From: an uncultured Actinomycetes bacterium
GTDB taxonomy: Bacteria > Actinomycetota > Thermoleophilia > Gaiellales > JAICJC01
Direction: 5' to 3'
Length of the DNA stretch: 64,000 nt
Assembly: GCA_963701125.1 (NCBI GenBank)
Contig: OY969568.1
Location: 2,895,504-2,959,503 of the forward strand
The position numbers and the translations under genes are program-made. The notes under the pieces were generated by a model. The model saw only the letters and a program-made list of their open reading frames with translations, searched no databases and was not told where the DNA came from. Shown in pieces: positions 47,147-56,630 of this stretch (the first letter of the stretch is position 1; each line of letters opens with the position of its first letter).

Positions 47147-48163
47147 GTGCCCTCCTCACCGACTCTCGACATCGATGCCGCCGGCCGGACGGTCACGGTC
47201 TCGAATCCCGACAAGGTCTTCTTCGCCGAGCGCGGCGAGACCAAGCTCGACCTGATCCGCTACTACCTGACGGTCGAGGATCCGGTCATGCGCGCCCTGG
47301 GCGGGCGGCCGGTGCTGATGGAGCGCTATCCGAACGGCGCGGGCGGGCCGTCGTTCTTCCAGAAGCGTGTGCCGGCCAACGCGCCGGAGTGGCTGCAGAC
47401 GACGACGGTGCAGACCCCGAACGGCACGCCGTCGCGGGCGCTCGTCGTGGCGGACGTGGCCCATCTCGCCTGGGCGGTCAACCTGGGCTGTCTCGGCTTC
47501 CACGTCTGGCCCTACCACGCCGACGACGCCGACCATGCGGATGAGCTTCGCATCGACCTCGACCCGTCGCCGGGCGTCACGTTTGCGATGGTGCGCGAGG
47601 CCGCCGCCGAGACCCGCCGGCTGCTCGAGGAGGTCGGCATGGCCGGCGGCCCCAAGACGACCGGACGAAACGGGATCCACGTCTACGTGCGGCTCGAGCC
47701 GCGCTACGACGCGATCGCCGTCCGCGCCGCCGCGGTCGCGGTCGCGCGCGAGCTCGAGCGGCGCCGACCCGACCTCATCACCGCCGCCTGGTGGAAGGAG
47801 GAGCGGGGGACGCGCGTCTTCTGCGATTTCAACCAGAACGCGCCGCACAAGACCGTGATCGGCGCCTGGGTCGTGCGTCCGCGCGTCGGCGCGCAGGTCT
47901 CGACGCCGTTTTGGTGGGACGAGCTCGAGACGATCGAGCCGGATGCGCTCACGATTGCGGTCGTCCCCGGCCGGGTCGCGGCCGCCGGGGATCCGTGGGA
48001 GCCGATGTCGAGCGCCCCGCAGGCGCTCGAGCCGCTGCTCGAGCTGCACGAGCGCGACATGGCGGCGGGGCTGATGGATGCGCCGTGGCCGCCCGTCTAC
48101 CCGAAGATGCCCAACGAGCCCGACCGGGTCGCTCCCAGCCGGGCCCGCAAGACGTCGGGCTAG
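47147..48163 (+). CDS. NHEJ primase-polymerase (stand-alone LigD polymerase domain)
   Basis: 338 aa. [38 protein letters not shown], matching the AEP/LigD PolDom signature. Confidence 0.85.
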   Translation: MPSSPTLDIDAAGRTVTVSNPDKVFFAERGETKLDLIRYYLTVEDPVMRALGGRPVLMERYPNGAGGPSFFQKRVPANAPEWLQTTTVQTPNGTPSRALVVADVAHLAWAVNLGCLGFHVWPYHADDADHADELRIDLDPSPGVTFAMVREAAAETRRLLEEVGMAGGPKTTGRNGIHVYVRLEPRYDAIAVRAAAVAVARELERRRPDLITAAWWKEERGTRVFCDFNQNAPHKTVIGAWVVRPRVGAQVSTPFWWDELETIEPDALTIAVVPGRVAAAGDPWEPMSSAPQALEPLLELHERDMAAGLMDAPWPPVYPKMPNEPDRVAPSRARKTSG

Positions 48164-49881
48164 ACGATGAAGTGGGCGGTGAGCGCCGAGAGCCCCTCGG
48201 CGGTCTTCGCGAGCTCGGCTGCGCTCGATGCGATCTCGTGCGCTGCGGCGGACGTCTGCTCCGTCGAGGCCGTCACCTGCTCGGTGCTGGCCGACGACTG
48301 CTCGGCGGCGGTCGCGATCTCGGAGGCCGCGAGCGAGATGTGCTCGGTCTTCTCGGTGACCGCGCCGATCGACTCGGTGATCTGCCGGAAGAGCTCGGCC
48401 GAGTCGCGCGTGCTGCCCGATGCGGCGTCCATGAGCTCGTTTCGCAGCGCCCCGATCTTCACGACGCCGTCGGTGTCGGCCTGGACGTGTCCGATCAGCT
48501 CGGCGATCCGGGCCGCGGCCGTCTGGGCGTCCTCGGCCAGCTTGCGCACCTCCTCGGCGACGACCGCGAATCCGCGGCCCTGCTCGCCGGCGCGGGCGGC
48601 CTCGATGGCGGCGTTCAGCGCGAGCAGGTTCGTCTGCGAGGCGATGCCCGAGATGGTCTCGACGATCTGACCGATCTCCTGCGAGCGTGTCGAGAGCGCG
48701 CCGATGCGCGACGTGGTCTCGGCAGCCGTCTCGTGAACACGTTCGAATGCCTCGGTGCTCGTCTGCATGGCCGCCATGCCCTCGGCCGCCAGGCCGGCCA
48801 TCTGCTCGGCGGACTCCCGCGTCTCGTCGGCCGCCGCGCGCGCCTCGCTGCTCATCCTGGCCTGGCGCTCGGCGCCGGCGGCAACGTCGGTGACCGCCTG
48901 GGCGATCTCCGAGACAGCCCGGCCGGTCTCCTGTGACGTGGCCGCCATCTCCTGGGACGCTGCGCTCAGCATCGTTGCCGAGCCGGCGATCTGCTCGACG
49001 AGCCGCGCCGTGCTGGAGCGCATCGTCGCGTAGCTCTCGACGCCGCCCCGCAGGCGGACGAGCATCCGGTTGAAGGTGGCCTCGAGCTGGCCGAGCTCGT
49101 CGCGGGAGCGCTCCTCGAGCGGCTCGGTCGAGCTCGCGACGTCGTGTGTCAGATCGCCGGCGGCGACCGCCTCGAGCCCGGCCGCGAGCTCGGTGAGATC
49201 GCGCTCGTCGAGGCTGCGGAGCTTCAAGACGAGCTTCGAGATCGACCCGACCAGGTAGCGCGAGAGCAGGAGCGCGATCGCCACGGCGAGCGCGACCGCG
49301 ACCGCGGCCGATGCGATGGTGATCATCGTCGAGCGGCTATGCGTGGAGTGGAAGCTGCGGGCAGCGACCGCGGCGTCGGCGTTGGCGCCGGTCAGGTACG
49401 CGATGCCGCCGCGCACGAGCTTGACGTAGGCCGCGGACGCGGGGCCGAGCGCCAGGCGGGTGGCGCCGGCGCGGTCGCCGCGCTTCACCGCCGCCCATAC
49501 CCGGGCGTCCGTGCGCATGTAGGCGGCGAAGTCGGCCCGAAGCACCTTTGTGTCGGCGAAGTCCTGCGGATCGACCGAGACGGCCTGCAGGTGCGCCAGC
49601 CGCTGCCGGAACATCTTGGCCGCGTGCAGAAACGCCGGCCGGCTCTTGCCGCGGTCGAGCACGTAGGCCTCCTGCCAGCCGACGAGGTCAGAGGCGCCGT
49701 ACTTGATGTCGTGCCCGGCCTCGGTCTTCGGCGTGGCGACGTTCGTGATGTGGTCGGTGGCCGAGGCCATCTGACCCTGCATGACGACTGCCGCACCCGC
49801 GAACACCACCATGACGGCGACGACGGCCCCGAACCCGGCGAAGAGCTTCGTTCGGAGCGAGAAGTTACGGATCATCGACAT
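48160..49881 (-). CDS. methyl-accepting chemotaxis protein
   Basis: 573 aa. N-terminal TM and 4-helix-bundle sensor, HAMP, conserved signalling hairpin ([38 protein letters not shown]). GGAGG RBS. Confidence 0.9.
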   Translation of the reverse strand: MSMIRNFSLRTKLFAGFGAVVAVMVVFAGAAVVMQGQMASATDHITNVATPKTEAGHDIKYGASDLVGWQEAYVLDRGKSRPAFLHAAKMFRQRLAHLQAVSVDPQDFADTKVLRADFAAYMRTDARVWAAVKRGDRAGATRLALGPASAAYVKLVRGGIAYLTGANADAAVAARSFHSTHSRSTMITIASAAVAVALAVAIALLLSRYLVGSISKLVLKLRSLDERDLTELAAGLEAVAAGDLTHDVASSTEPLEERSRDELGQLEATFNRMLVRLRGGVESYATMRSSTARLVEQIAGSATMLSAASQEMAATSQETGRAVSEIAQAVTDVAAGAERQARMSSEARAAADETRESAEQMAGLAAEGMAAMQTSTEAFERVHETAAETTSRIGALSTRSQEIGQIVETISGIASQTNLLALNAAIEAARAGEQGRGFAVVAEEVRKLAEDAQTAAARIAELIGHVQADTDGVVKIGALRNELMDAASGSTRDSAELFRQITESIGAVTEKTEHISLAASEIATAAEQSSASTEQVTASTEQTSAAAHEIASSAAELAKTAEGLSALTAHFIV

Positions 49882-50068
49882 CAGGTGCCTCCTGCCGGGG
49901 TGTGGGCGTCATCGGTCGCGCAAGGCAACCGTCTCCAACCGGTAGTCGTCGTGGCGATCCCGTGATCGAGCGCCCGTGGCGCGCGGCGGCGCAGGTTCCG
50001 TAGGAACCCGAAGCCGCCCCTCCCCGAAACGCGGGCGGCCGCTCGCCCGCCCGGGGGATACTCCCGCC

Positions 50069-50614
50069 ATGCCCGATCCGCGGCCCGATCCTCTCCCGTG
50101 GAGCTCCAGCCGTCTGCGCCTCCGCAGGCTGCGCCCCGGCGACCTGGCTGCATTCCAGGCCTACCGGGGCAACCCCGAGGTCGGCCGCTACCAGGGCTGG
50201 GAGCCGACGGCCGACGATCGGGCGCGCGAGTTCCTGGCCGAGATGGCGGTCGCGCCGTTCGGCCTGCCGGGTGAGTGGATCCAGCTCGCGATCGCCGATG
50301 CCGGCACCGATGCGCTGCTCGGCGACATCGGGCTCTTCGTGATGGGCAGCGGCGATGAGGCCGAGTTCGGGATCACCCTCGCGCCGGCCGCTCAGGGCCG
50401 CGGCCTCGCCGAGGAGGCCGCCCGCACGCTCGTCGACGGGCTCCGCATGCACACCGGCGTGCGCCGGCTGGTCGCGATCACCGACACCCGCAACGTCGCG
50501 AGCGCGCGGCTGCTGCGCCGCCTGGGGATGACGCTCGATGCCGAGACCTCGACCGAGTTCCGGGGCGAGCCTTGTCGCGAGTGGCACTTCACGCTCGACC
50601 TCGCACTACCCTGA
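50069..50614 (+). CDS. GNAT family N-acetyltransferase
   Basis: 181 aa from MPDPRP. Q/RGRGLAEEA acetyl-CoA-binding motif. RimJ/RimL-like layout. Confidence 0.75.
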   Translation: MPDPRPDPLPWSSSRLRLRRLRPGDLAAFQAYRGNPEVGRYQGWEPTADDRAREFLAEMAVAPFGLPGEWIQLAIADAGTDALLGDIGLFVMGSGDEAEFGITLAPAAQGRGLAEEAARTLVDGLRMHTGVRRLVAITDTRNVASARLLRRLGMTLDAETSTEFRGEPCREWHFTLDLALP

Positions 50615-50618
50615 CCTC

Positions 50619-52457
50619 GTGCCGCTCGAGCCCCGCCGAGACATCCGCAACATCGCCATCATCGCCCACGTCGATCACGGCAAGACGACGCTGGTCGACG
50701 CGCTGCTGCGCCAGTCGGGCACGTTCGCGGCGCACGAGGAGACCGTCGACCGGGTGATGGACGCCGGTCTCGAGCGCGAGCGCGGCATCACGATCCTGGC
50801 CAAGAACACCGCGGTGCGCGACGGCGGCCTGAAGATCAACATCATCGACACCCCGGGTCACGCCGATTTCGGCGGCGAGGTCGAGCGCGGGCTCTCGATG
50901 GTCGACGGCGTGCTGCTGCTCGTCGACGCGAGCGAGGGGCCGCTGCCGCAGACCCGGTTCGTGCTGCGAAAGGCGCTCGCCGGACGGCTGCCCGTGATCC
51001 TGGTGGTGAACAAGATCGACCGGCCCGACGCGCGCATCGCCGAGGTCGTCGACGAGGTGTATGCGCTGTTCTTCGACGAGGACGCCGACGAGTCGCAGAT
51101 CGACTTCCCGATCGTCTACACGAACGCCCGCCTCGGCACCGCGACGCTCGACCCGGGGCAGCCGGGCACGAGCATCCGGCCGCTGCTCGACCTGATCGCC
51201 ACGCACATGCCGCCTCCCGTCCACGACCCCGCGCACCCGTTCCAGGCCCAGGTCGCGAACCTCGACTCCTCGCCGTATCTGGGCCGGCTGGCGCTCTGCC
51301 GCGTCCGTCACGGCGGCATCGACCGCGGCGCCACCGTCGCCTGGTGCCGGCGCGACGGCACGATCACCCGCACCCGTCTGACCGAGCTGCTCGTCGCCGA
51401 GGGCCTCGAGCGGGTGCCGGCCGAACACGTCGGCCCGGGCGAGATCATCGCCATCGCGGGGCTCGACGAGGTGATGATCGGCGAGACGATCGCCGACCCG
51501 GACGATCCCCAGGTGCTGCCGCTGATCGTCGTCGACGAGCCCAGCCTCGCGGTGACGGTGGCGACGAACACCGGGCCGCTGGCAGGGCGCAGCGGCGCGA
51601 AGCTGACCGCGCGGATGATCAAGGACCGGCTCGACCGCGAGCTGCTCGGGAACGTCAGCCTGCGCGTGCTCGACACCGACCGCCCCGACACCTGGGAGGT
51701 GCACGGGCGCGGCGAGATGCAGTTCGCCATCCTGGCCGAGATGATGCGCCGCGAGGGGTACGAGGTCACGATCGGCAAGCCGCGCGTGGTCACGCGCCGC
51801 GGGCCCGGCGGCATCGAGGAGCCGGTCGAGCGCGTGTCGATCGACGTCCCCGAGGAGTACTCGGGCTTCGTCATCCAGTCGCTCGCGCTGCGCAAGGGGC
51901 GGATGGAGAGCATGACCAACCACGGCACCGGCTGGGTGCGGCTCGAGCATCTCGTGCCCGCTCGCGGGCTGCTCGGCTTCCGGTCGGAGTTCCAGACCGA
52001 GACGCGCGGCACGGGCCAGCTCCACCACGTGTTCGAGGGCTACCAGCCGTGGGCGGGCGAGATCAAGGGCCGGCCCAACGGCTCGCTCATCGCCGATCGC
52101 ACCGGGCAGGCCACCGCCTATTCGATCCAGAACCTGCAGGCCCGCGGCATCCTCTTCGTCGACGCGGGCGAGGACGTCTACGAGGGCATGATCGTCGGCG
52201 AGAACAACCGCAGCGGCGACCTGGACGTGAACATCACCAAGGCCAAGCAGATGACCAACGTGCGCTCGAACGCCGAGGTGCTCGTGCGCCTGAACCCGGC
52301 CCACCGGATGAGCCTCGACCAGGCGATCGAGTACGTCCAGGAGGGCGAGTGCGTCGAGGTCACTCCCGACGAGGTGCGGCTGCGCAAGGCGGTGCTGTCG
52401 GCGTCGGAGCGCTCGAGCCAGAAGTCGAAGGCGGCCCGGGCTATCGCGTCGTCATGA
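50619..52457 (+). CDS. typA: translational GTPase TypA/BipA
   Basis: GTG start. IRNIAIIAHVDHGKTTLVD (G1), DTPGHADFGGEV (G3), NKID (G4). EF-G-like domains with a TypA-specific C-terminus. Confidence 0.92.
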   Translation: MPLEPRRDIRNIAIIAHVDHGKTTLVDALLRQSGTFAAHEETVDRVMDAGLERERGITILAKNTAVRDGGLKINIIDTPGHADFGGEVERGLSMVDGVLLLVDASEGPLPQTRFVLRKALAGRLPVILVVNKIDRPDARIAEVVDEVYALFFDEDADESQIDFPIVYTNARLGTATLDPGQPGTSIRPLLDLIATHMPPPVHDPAHPFQAQVANLDSSPYLGRLALCRVRHGGIDRGATVAWCRRDGTITRTRLTELLVAEGLERVPAEHVGPGEIIAIAGLDEVMIGETIADPDDPQVLPLIVVDEPSLAVTVATNTGPLAGRSGAKLTARMIKDRLDRELLGNVSLRVLDTDRPDTWEVHGRGEMQFAILAEMMRREGYEVTIGKPRVVTRRGPGGIEEPVERVSIDVPEEYSGFVIQSLALRKGRMESMTNHGTGWVRLEHLVPARGLLGFRSEFQTETRGTGQLHHVFEGYQPWAGEIKGRPNGSLIADRTGQATAYSIQNLQARGILFVDAGEDVYEGMIVGENNRSGDLDVNITKAKQMTNVRSNAEVLVRLNPAHRMSLDQAIEYVQEGECVEVTPDEVRLRKAVLSASERSSQKSKAARAIASS

Positions 52458-53943
52458 GCCGGTCGAGTCCGCGCAGGATCGCGTAGCCGACCTTGTCGCG
52501 TCTCTCGTCCCTCGAGTACTCGGCCTGGTACCTGGCGAACGCACGCCGCAGCGCGGCGCCTTTCAGGTGGGCGGTGTTGGGCGGCTTCGGGAAGTAGAAG
52601 GGGTGGTAGAGGGTGACGCTGTTCTCGTCGACGAAGACGCCCCAGTTGCGCCCGAGGAGCTTGACGAACGTCTGGCGAAGCGAGTCGGGAGCGACGTGGT
52701 CGAACGTCATCGAGAAGACCGCTCCGCGCTGCTTGACCGCCGCCGGGTCGCCGGCGTTGCTCGCGGCGCCATCGATCGTGAGGGTCGCGGGTATGGCCCT
52801 GCGGTAGCTCGGCGGGATCTGCGCGAGCGGGATCACAGCCTCGTCCAGCCCGTGCCGGTTCACGGCTTCGACGATCTTGTGGATCCGGGTCGGGATCGAC
52901 CGGTAGCACGGGATGGGATTCACGACACAGTCGATGCCCGGCGGGACGCGCGAGATCCGCGTGCCGTGGACCGCGGCGAGGCCGGTCGTGACCCGGGAGC
53001 GCAGCGCCGCCGGTGCGTGGGCGAGGGATGCAGCGGTGATCACAAGGTTGCCGCGCCAGCCTCCGATCGTTCCGCTGACGCGCGTCCAGTCTCCCGATGC
53101 CGGCGGCGTCTCGTCCGGGTGCGGTTGGCGCAGGAACGCGACGTAGCGCGCGAGCGCTGCGCACGTGGGCAGGGTGTAGCCCTGACGAGCGTACATACAG
53201 GTAACCCGCGCCTCGGTCAGGGCAGCGCCGTCACGGGCGACGACGGCGATCGACCCTTGATGCTCGCGGACGATCGTCTCGTGGTCGCGCGCCGGAATGT
53301 GGTCGACCGTCACCTGGCCCAGACGTCCGAGTGCCGGGAAGGGCGTGCCTGGAGGAGCCGCTCGGAGCAGCCGGACGTTGGGGAGGCGAGCCATCGGCCC
53401 GGTCCTCGCCGAGGGCAGGACGGCGTAGGCGAGCCACGCCCAGCTGCCGACGGGAGCAGGGCAGACATACGGCATGGTGGCGCAACCCTGCAGGTAGAGC
53501 GGGATCGAGATCGGGCCGTGCACCACGATCACGTCCGCGCGGGGCGGATAGCGGCTCGCCGGGCCGCCGAACGTGGCTGCCATCCGCGCCGCCGAGGCCG
53601 CGCCGACGGTGCTCACGGCTCCAGCCGCGCCGTGGGGAAGACTCGAGACGATGTCGATGTCCCGCGCCTCGGCGAGCCCCTTGCGCACGCGGGCGTCCGT
53701 CGCCGCCTTCGGGTTGGCGTGGTGGTCGGTGATGAACTGGAAGACGCCGGTCTCGGCCTGCGCCGCGGCGCCGAGCCCGATCAGCACGGCCGCGGCGAGC
53801 AGGGCGCCTCGCATCGGCACGCCGAACAGCCGCCTGCGACCCCGGCGCGACCGGCGCAGGACGTCTTCCCAGTCCGGAGGCGCCGGCCGCGCCGGGCGTG
53901 CCCGCTCGAGCAGCTCCTTGACCTCGGGGTCGATCTCGATCAC
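52441..53943 (-). CDS. membrane-anchored protein downstream of the ECF sigma factor (putative anti-sigma factor with a large extracytoplasmic domain)
   Basis: GTG start overlapping the sigma-factor stop. Short cytoplasmic N-terminus, one TM (GALLAAAVLIGLGAAA), about 430-aa external domain with no recognised family. Confidence 0.5.
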   Translation of the reverse strand: MIEIDPEVKELLERARPARPAPPDWEDVLRRSRRGRRRLFGVPMRGALLAAAVLIGLGAAAQAETGVFQFITDHHANPKAATDARVRKGLAEARDIDIVSSLPHGAAGAVSTVGAASAARMAATFGGPASRYPPRADVIVVHGPISIPLYLQGCATMPYVCPAPVGSWAWLAYAVLPSARTGPMARLPNVRLLRAAPPGTPFPALGRLGQVTVDHIPARDHETIVREHQGSIAVVARDGAALTEARVTCMYARQGYTLPTCAALARYVAFLRQPHPDETPPASGDWTRVSGTIGGWRGNLVITAASLAHAPAALRSRVTTGLAAVHGTRISRVPPGIDCVVNPIPCYRSIPTRIHKIVEAVNRHGLDEAVIPLAQIPPSYRRAIPATLTIDGAASNAGDPAAVKQRGAVFSMTFDHVAPDSLRQTFVKLLGRNWGVFVDENSVTLYHPFYFPKPPNTAHLKGAALRRAFARYQAEYSRDERRDKVGYAILRGLDRLMTTR

Positions 53944-54461
53944 TCCGTCACCTTCCTCGCCATGCCGCGCCGCAGCGCGGCCAGGGCAGCGTTCAGCGTC
54001 GATCCGACCGTCCCGATCTCGACGTCCAGGATCTCGGCGATCGCGCGGTAGTCGAGATCGGCGTAGTAGCGCAGGAAGAGCACCGTGCGCTGGCGGTCCG
54101 GCAGGGCGTGCAGCAGGTCGACGCCGGCCTCGGCGGCAGGCGCCTGGCCCCGCTCGGGCACGTCGGCGACGGTCGCCGGCCAGGGCTTGCGGGCCGAGCT
54201 TCGCGCCGCGTTCACGACGATCCGCCACACCCAGCCCTCGAGCGTGCCCTCGCCGCGAAACGATGCCCGTGACCTGATGGCCTGTGCGAACCCGTCCTGC
54301 ACGGCGTCGCGGCCATTGTCCGCGTCGCCGCACAGGACGGCGGCGACCGCCACGAACCGGTCGTGCCCCATGCGGTAGAGCGCCTCGATGTCTGCGAGTT
54401 GCGCCCCCGCCGTCGTCACGGCGGAGTCCGTTTCGTGTTCGGTCGCCATGCTCACGTGCAC
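53940..54461 (-). CDS. ECF-type RNA polymerase sigma-70 factor
   Basis: Region 2 (DAVQDGFAQAI ... WVWRIVVNAA) and region 4 (LPDRQRTVLFLRYYADLDYRAIAEILDVEIGTVGSTL). Alternative start at 54449. Confidence 0.85.
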   Translation of the reverse strand: MHVSMATEHETDSAVTTAGAQLADIEALYRMGHDRFVAVAAVLCGDADNGRDAVQDGFAQAIRSRASFRGEGTLEGWVWRIVVNAARSSARKPWPATVADVPERGQAPAAEAGVDLLHALPDRQRTVLFLRYYADLDYRAIAEILDVEIGTVGSTLNAALAALRRGMARKVTE

Positions 54462-54633
54462 CTAAGACGCTTGCACACCCCGGGTTTGTTCATCCGCAGC
54501 GGCGCGACTATGTTTGGGGCGGGCGGCATGCGGGGAAGGGGTGTTGTGCTTCAAGGGCAGCACCGGCGTGCTGAAGCACGCTCTTCGGCGGTGGCGGCGA
54601 TCCGACGTCGCATGAGCTGGGGAGGTTGGGTTC

Positions 54634-56268
54634 GTGACACAGGGTGGAGTTGGGCAGCAGGGCTCGAGATGGGACAGGAGCCGGTGGCTGCCCGCGGGCG
54701 TGCTCGTCGTCCTCGTGATGGTGGCGCTCGGCGTCTTCGTGACCGTCCGGCGGGCCGTGGACGATCAGAACGGGCGGATCCTGCGCGAGCGCACCGGAGA
54801 GATCGGGCTCCTGCTCGACAGCGCTGTCGGCGAGATCCCGGCGACGATGAGCGGCCTCGGCGTCGCCTCGCGGCTCGGCGCGTCTCCCGCCGAGGCGTTC
54901 CTGCACCAGGCGCGCGTCCAGGCCGGTCTGAGCCCGACCCAGACGACCGCACTCATCCGCGACGTCCATGGGCGGCTGACCGTGAGCGCCGTTGCGGGGC
55001 TCCCCACCGTCTCCGCGGGCGATGTGCTCACGGGGGCGAAGGCCGCCGCCGTCCGAAGCGCGCTCGCCGGCGGCGGCTCGGTCGCGACCCGCGTTCTGGG
55101 CCGGGGGCAGACGCGCGTGCTCGGCTTTGCGCTCGGCCCGCCCGTCACCGCGCCGGGCACCGCGATCTATCTGCAGGCGCCGGTCGACCCTTCGCCGACG
55201 GCCCAGCGTCAGGTCACGCAGCAGCGGCCGTTCGACGAGCTCGCCGTCGCCCTGTATGCCACGCCGCAGGCGGATCCGGGGCAGCTCGTGCTCGCCACGA
55301 GCCCGACGCCGCTGCACGGACAGATCGCCCGGCAGGAGATCCAGGTCGGGCGTGGACACTGGCTGCTCGCCGCCGCCGCCCGCGGGCCTCTGGTCGGCAC
55401 GTTCGCAAACGCGGTGCCGTGGGTGATCCTGGGCGTCGGCATCGTCATCGCGCTGCTCTCGAGCGGCGCGCTGCTCGTGTTCCAGCGCCGGCGCGACTAC
55501 GCCCTCGCCCTCGTCGACGTGCGCACGTCCGAGCTCGCCACCTCGATGGCCAACCTCGAGGATGCACAGGCGCGGCTCGTGTTCCAGGAGCGGCTCGCGG
55601 CGATCGGCCAGGTCGCCGCGGCCGTCGGCCACGAGCTGCGAAACCCGCTCGGCGTGCTCACGAACACGCTCTACCTCGTCCGCGCGGGCCTCGACTCCGA
55701 CGAGGAGCAGCGGCTCGGCCGGCACATCGACCGGGCCGAGCGCGAGGTCGGGGCGGCGGTCGTGATCGTCGAGAGCCTGCTCGAGTTCGCCCGCGCCCGC
55801 GAGCCTCTCGACGAGCCCGTCGACCTAGCCGATCTGATCGAGGAGTCGCTGTCGGTCGCGCCGCCGCCGGACGGGGTCGAGGTGGTGCGGATCGGGCTCG
55901 AGCGGTTGCCGGCGGTGCGGGTCGACCATCAGCAGATCCGGCAGGTGCTCCTGAACCTGATCACCAACGGCTACCAGGCGATGAACGACGACGGCGTGGT
56001 GACGATCCAGGCGGGCTCGCGCCCCGACGGGGCGCTCGAGCTGCGCGTCTCGGACACCGGCTGCGGAATGGACGAGGAGACCGCCAATCACGTCTTCGAT
56101 GCCTTCTACACCCGCAAGGCGAAGGGCATCGGCCTCGGCCTGGCCGTCACGAAGCGCATCGTCGAGGCGCACGGCGGCACGATCAGCGCCGAGTCGCAGG
56201 TCGGCGTCGGCACGACCTTCGTCGTCGCCATCCCGCAGGCGCGCGTGACCGAGGGCGTACGGACGTGA
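54634..56268 (+). CDS. membrane sensor histidine kinase (periplasmic sensor + HisKA + HATPase_c)
   Basis: 544 aa. Two TM flank a ~230-aa external domain. H-box AAVGHELRNPL. N box NLITNGYQAM. G boxes DTGCGM and GIGLGLAV. Confidence 0.85.
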   Translation: MTQGGVGQQGSRWDRSRWLPAGVLVVLVMVALGVFVTVRRAVDDQNGRILRERTGEIGLLLDSAVGEIPATMSGLGVASRLGASPAEAFLHQARVQAGLSPTQTTALIRDVHGRLTVSAVAGLPTVSAGDVLTGAKAAAVRSALAGGGSVATRVLGRGQTRVLGFALGPPVTAPGTAIYLQAPVDPSPTAQRQVTQQRPFDELAVALYATPQADPGQLVLATSPTPLHGQIARQEIQVGRGHWLLAAAARGPLVGTFANAVPWVILGVGIVIALLSSGALLVFQRRRDYALALVDVRTSELATSMANLEDAQARLVFQERLAAIGQVAAAVGHELRNPLGVLTNTLYLVRAGLDSDEEQRLGRHIDRAEREVGAAVVIVESLLEFARAREPLDEPVDLADLIEESLSVAPPPDGVEVVRIGLERLPAVRVDHQQIRQVLLNLITNGYQAMNDDGVVTIQAGSRPDGALELRVSDTGCGMDEETANHVFDAFYTRKAKGIGLGLAVTKRIVEAHGGTISAESQVGVGTTFVVAIPQARVTEGVRT

Positions 56269-56630
56269 GCGGGCTCGGCGTGCTCGTGGCCGACGACGAG
56301 CTGGGGATGCGCGAGACGCTGACCGACATCCTGTCGCAGTCCGGGTACGCGGTGCATTCGGCCGCCGACGGAGAGGCGGCGCTCGCGGCGATCCAGCGCG
56401 ATCACTTCGACGTGGTGCTCATGGACATCCGCATGCCGGGGCGCGACGGCGTCTCGGTGCTGCGCGAGGTCGGCGACCCGCCGCCGGCGGTGATCCTGAT
56501 GACCGCGTACGCCAACCAGGCCCAGATGCGCGAGGCGCAGAGCGCGAACGCCTTCGCCATCCTCAACAAGCCCTTCCCCGTGCCCCAACTGCTCGGCCTC
56601 GTCGCCTCGGCCTGCGGAGCGGCGACATGA
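56265..56630 (+). CDS. single-domain response regulator (CheY-like receiver)
   Basis: 121 aa. VLVADDE ... VVLMDIRMPGRDG ... MTAY ... NKPF. GTGA overlap with the kinase gene, ATGA overlap with the next gene. Confidence 0.85.
   Translation: MSGLGVLVADDELGMRETLTDILSQSGYAVHSAADGEAALAAIQRDHFDVVLMDIRMPGRDGVSVLREVGDPPPAVILMTAYANQAQMREAQSANAFAILNKPFPVPQLLGLVASACGAAT

Noticed and set aside
47147-48163. A complete NHEJ system (Ku plus LigD).
   Set aside because: Only the polymerase domain is present. No ligase, phosphoesterase or Ku sequence was found in any frame nearby.
48530-48680. DNA similarity between 48.5 kb and 59.8 kb as a sign of a mobile element or recent segmental duplication.
   Set aside because: The similarity is confined to the universally conserved MCP signalling hairpin of two paralogous genes. 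The flanks are unrelated, and there are no terminal repeats or transposase.
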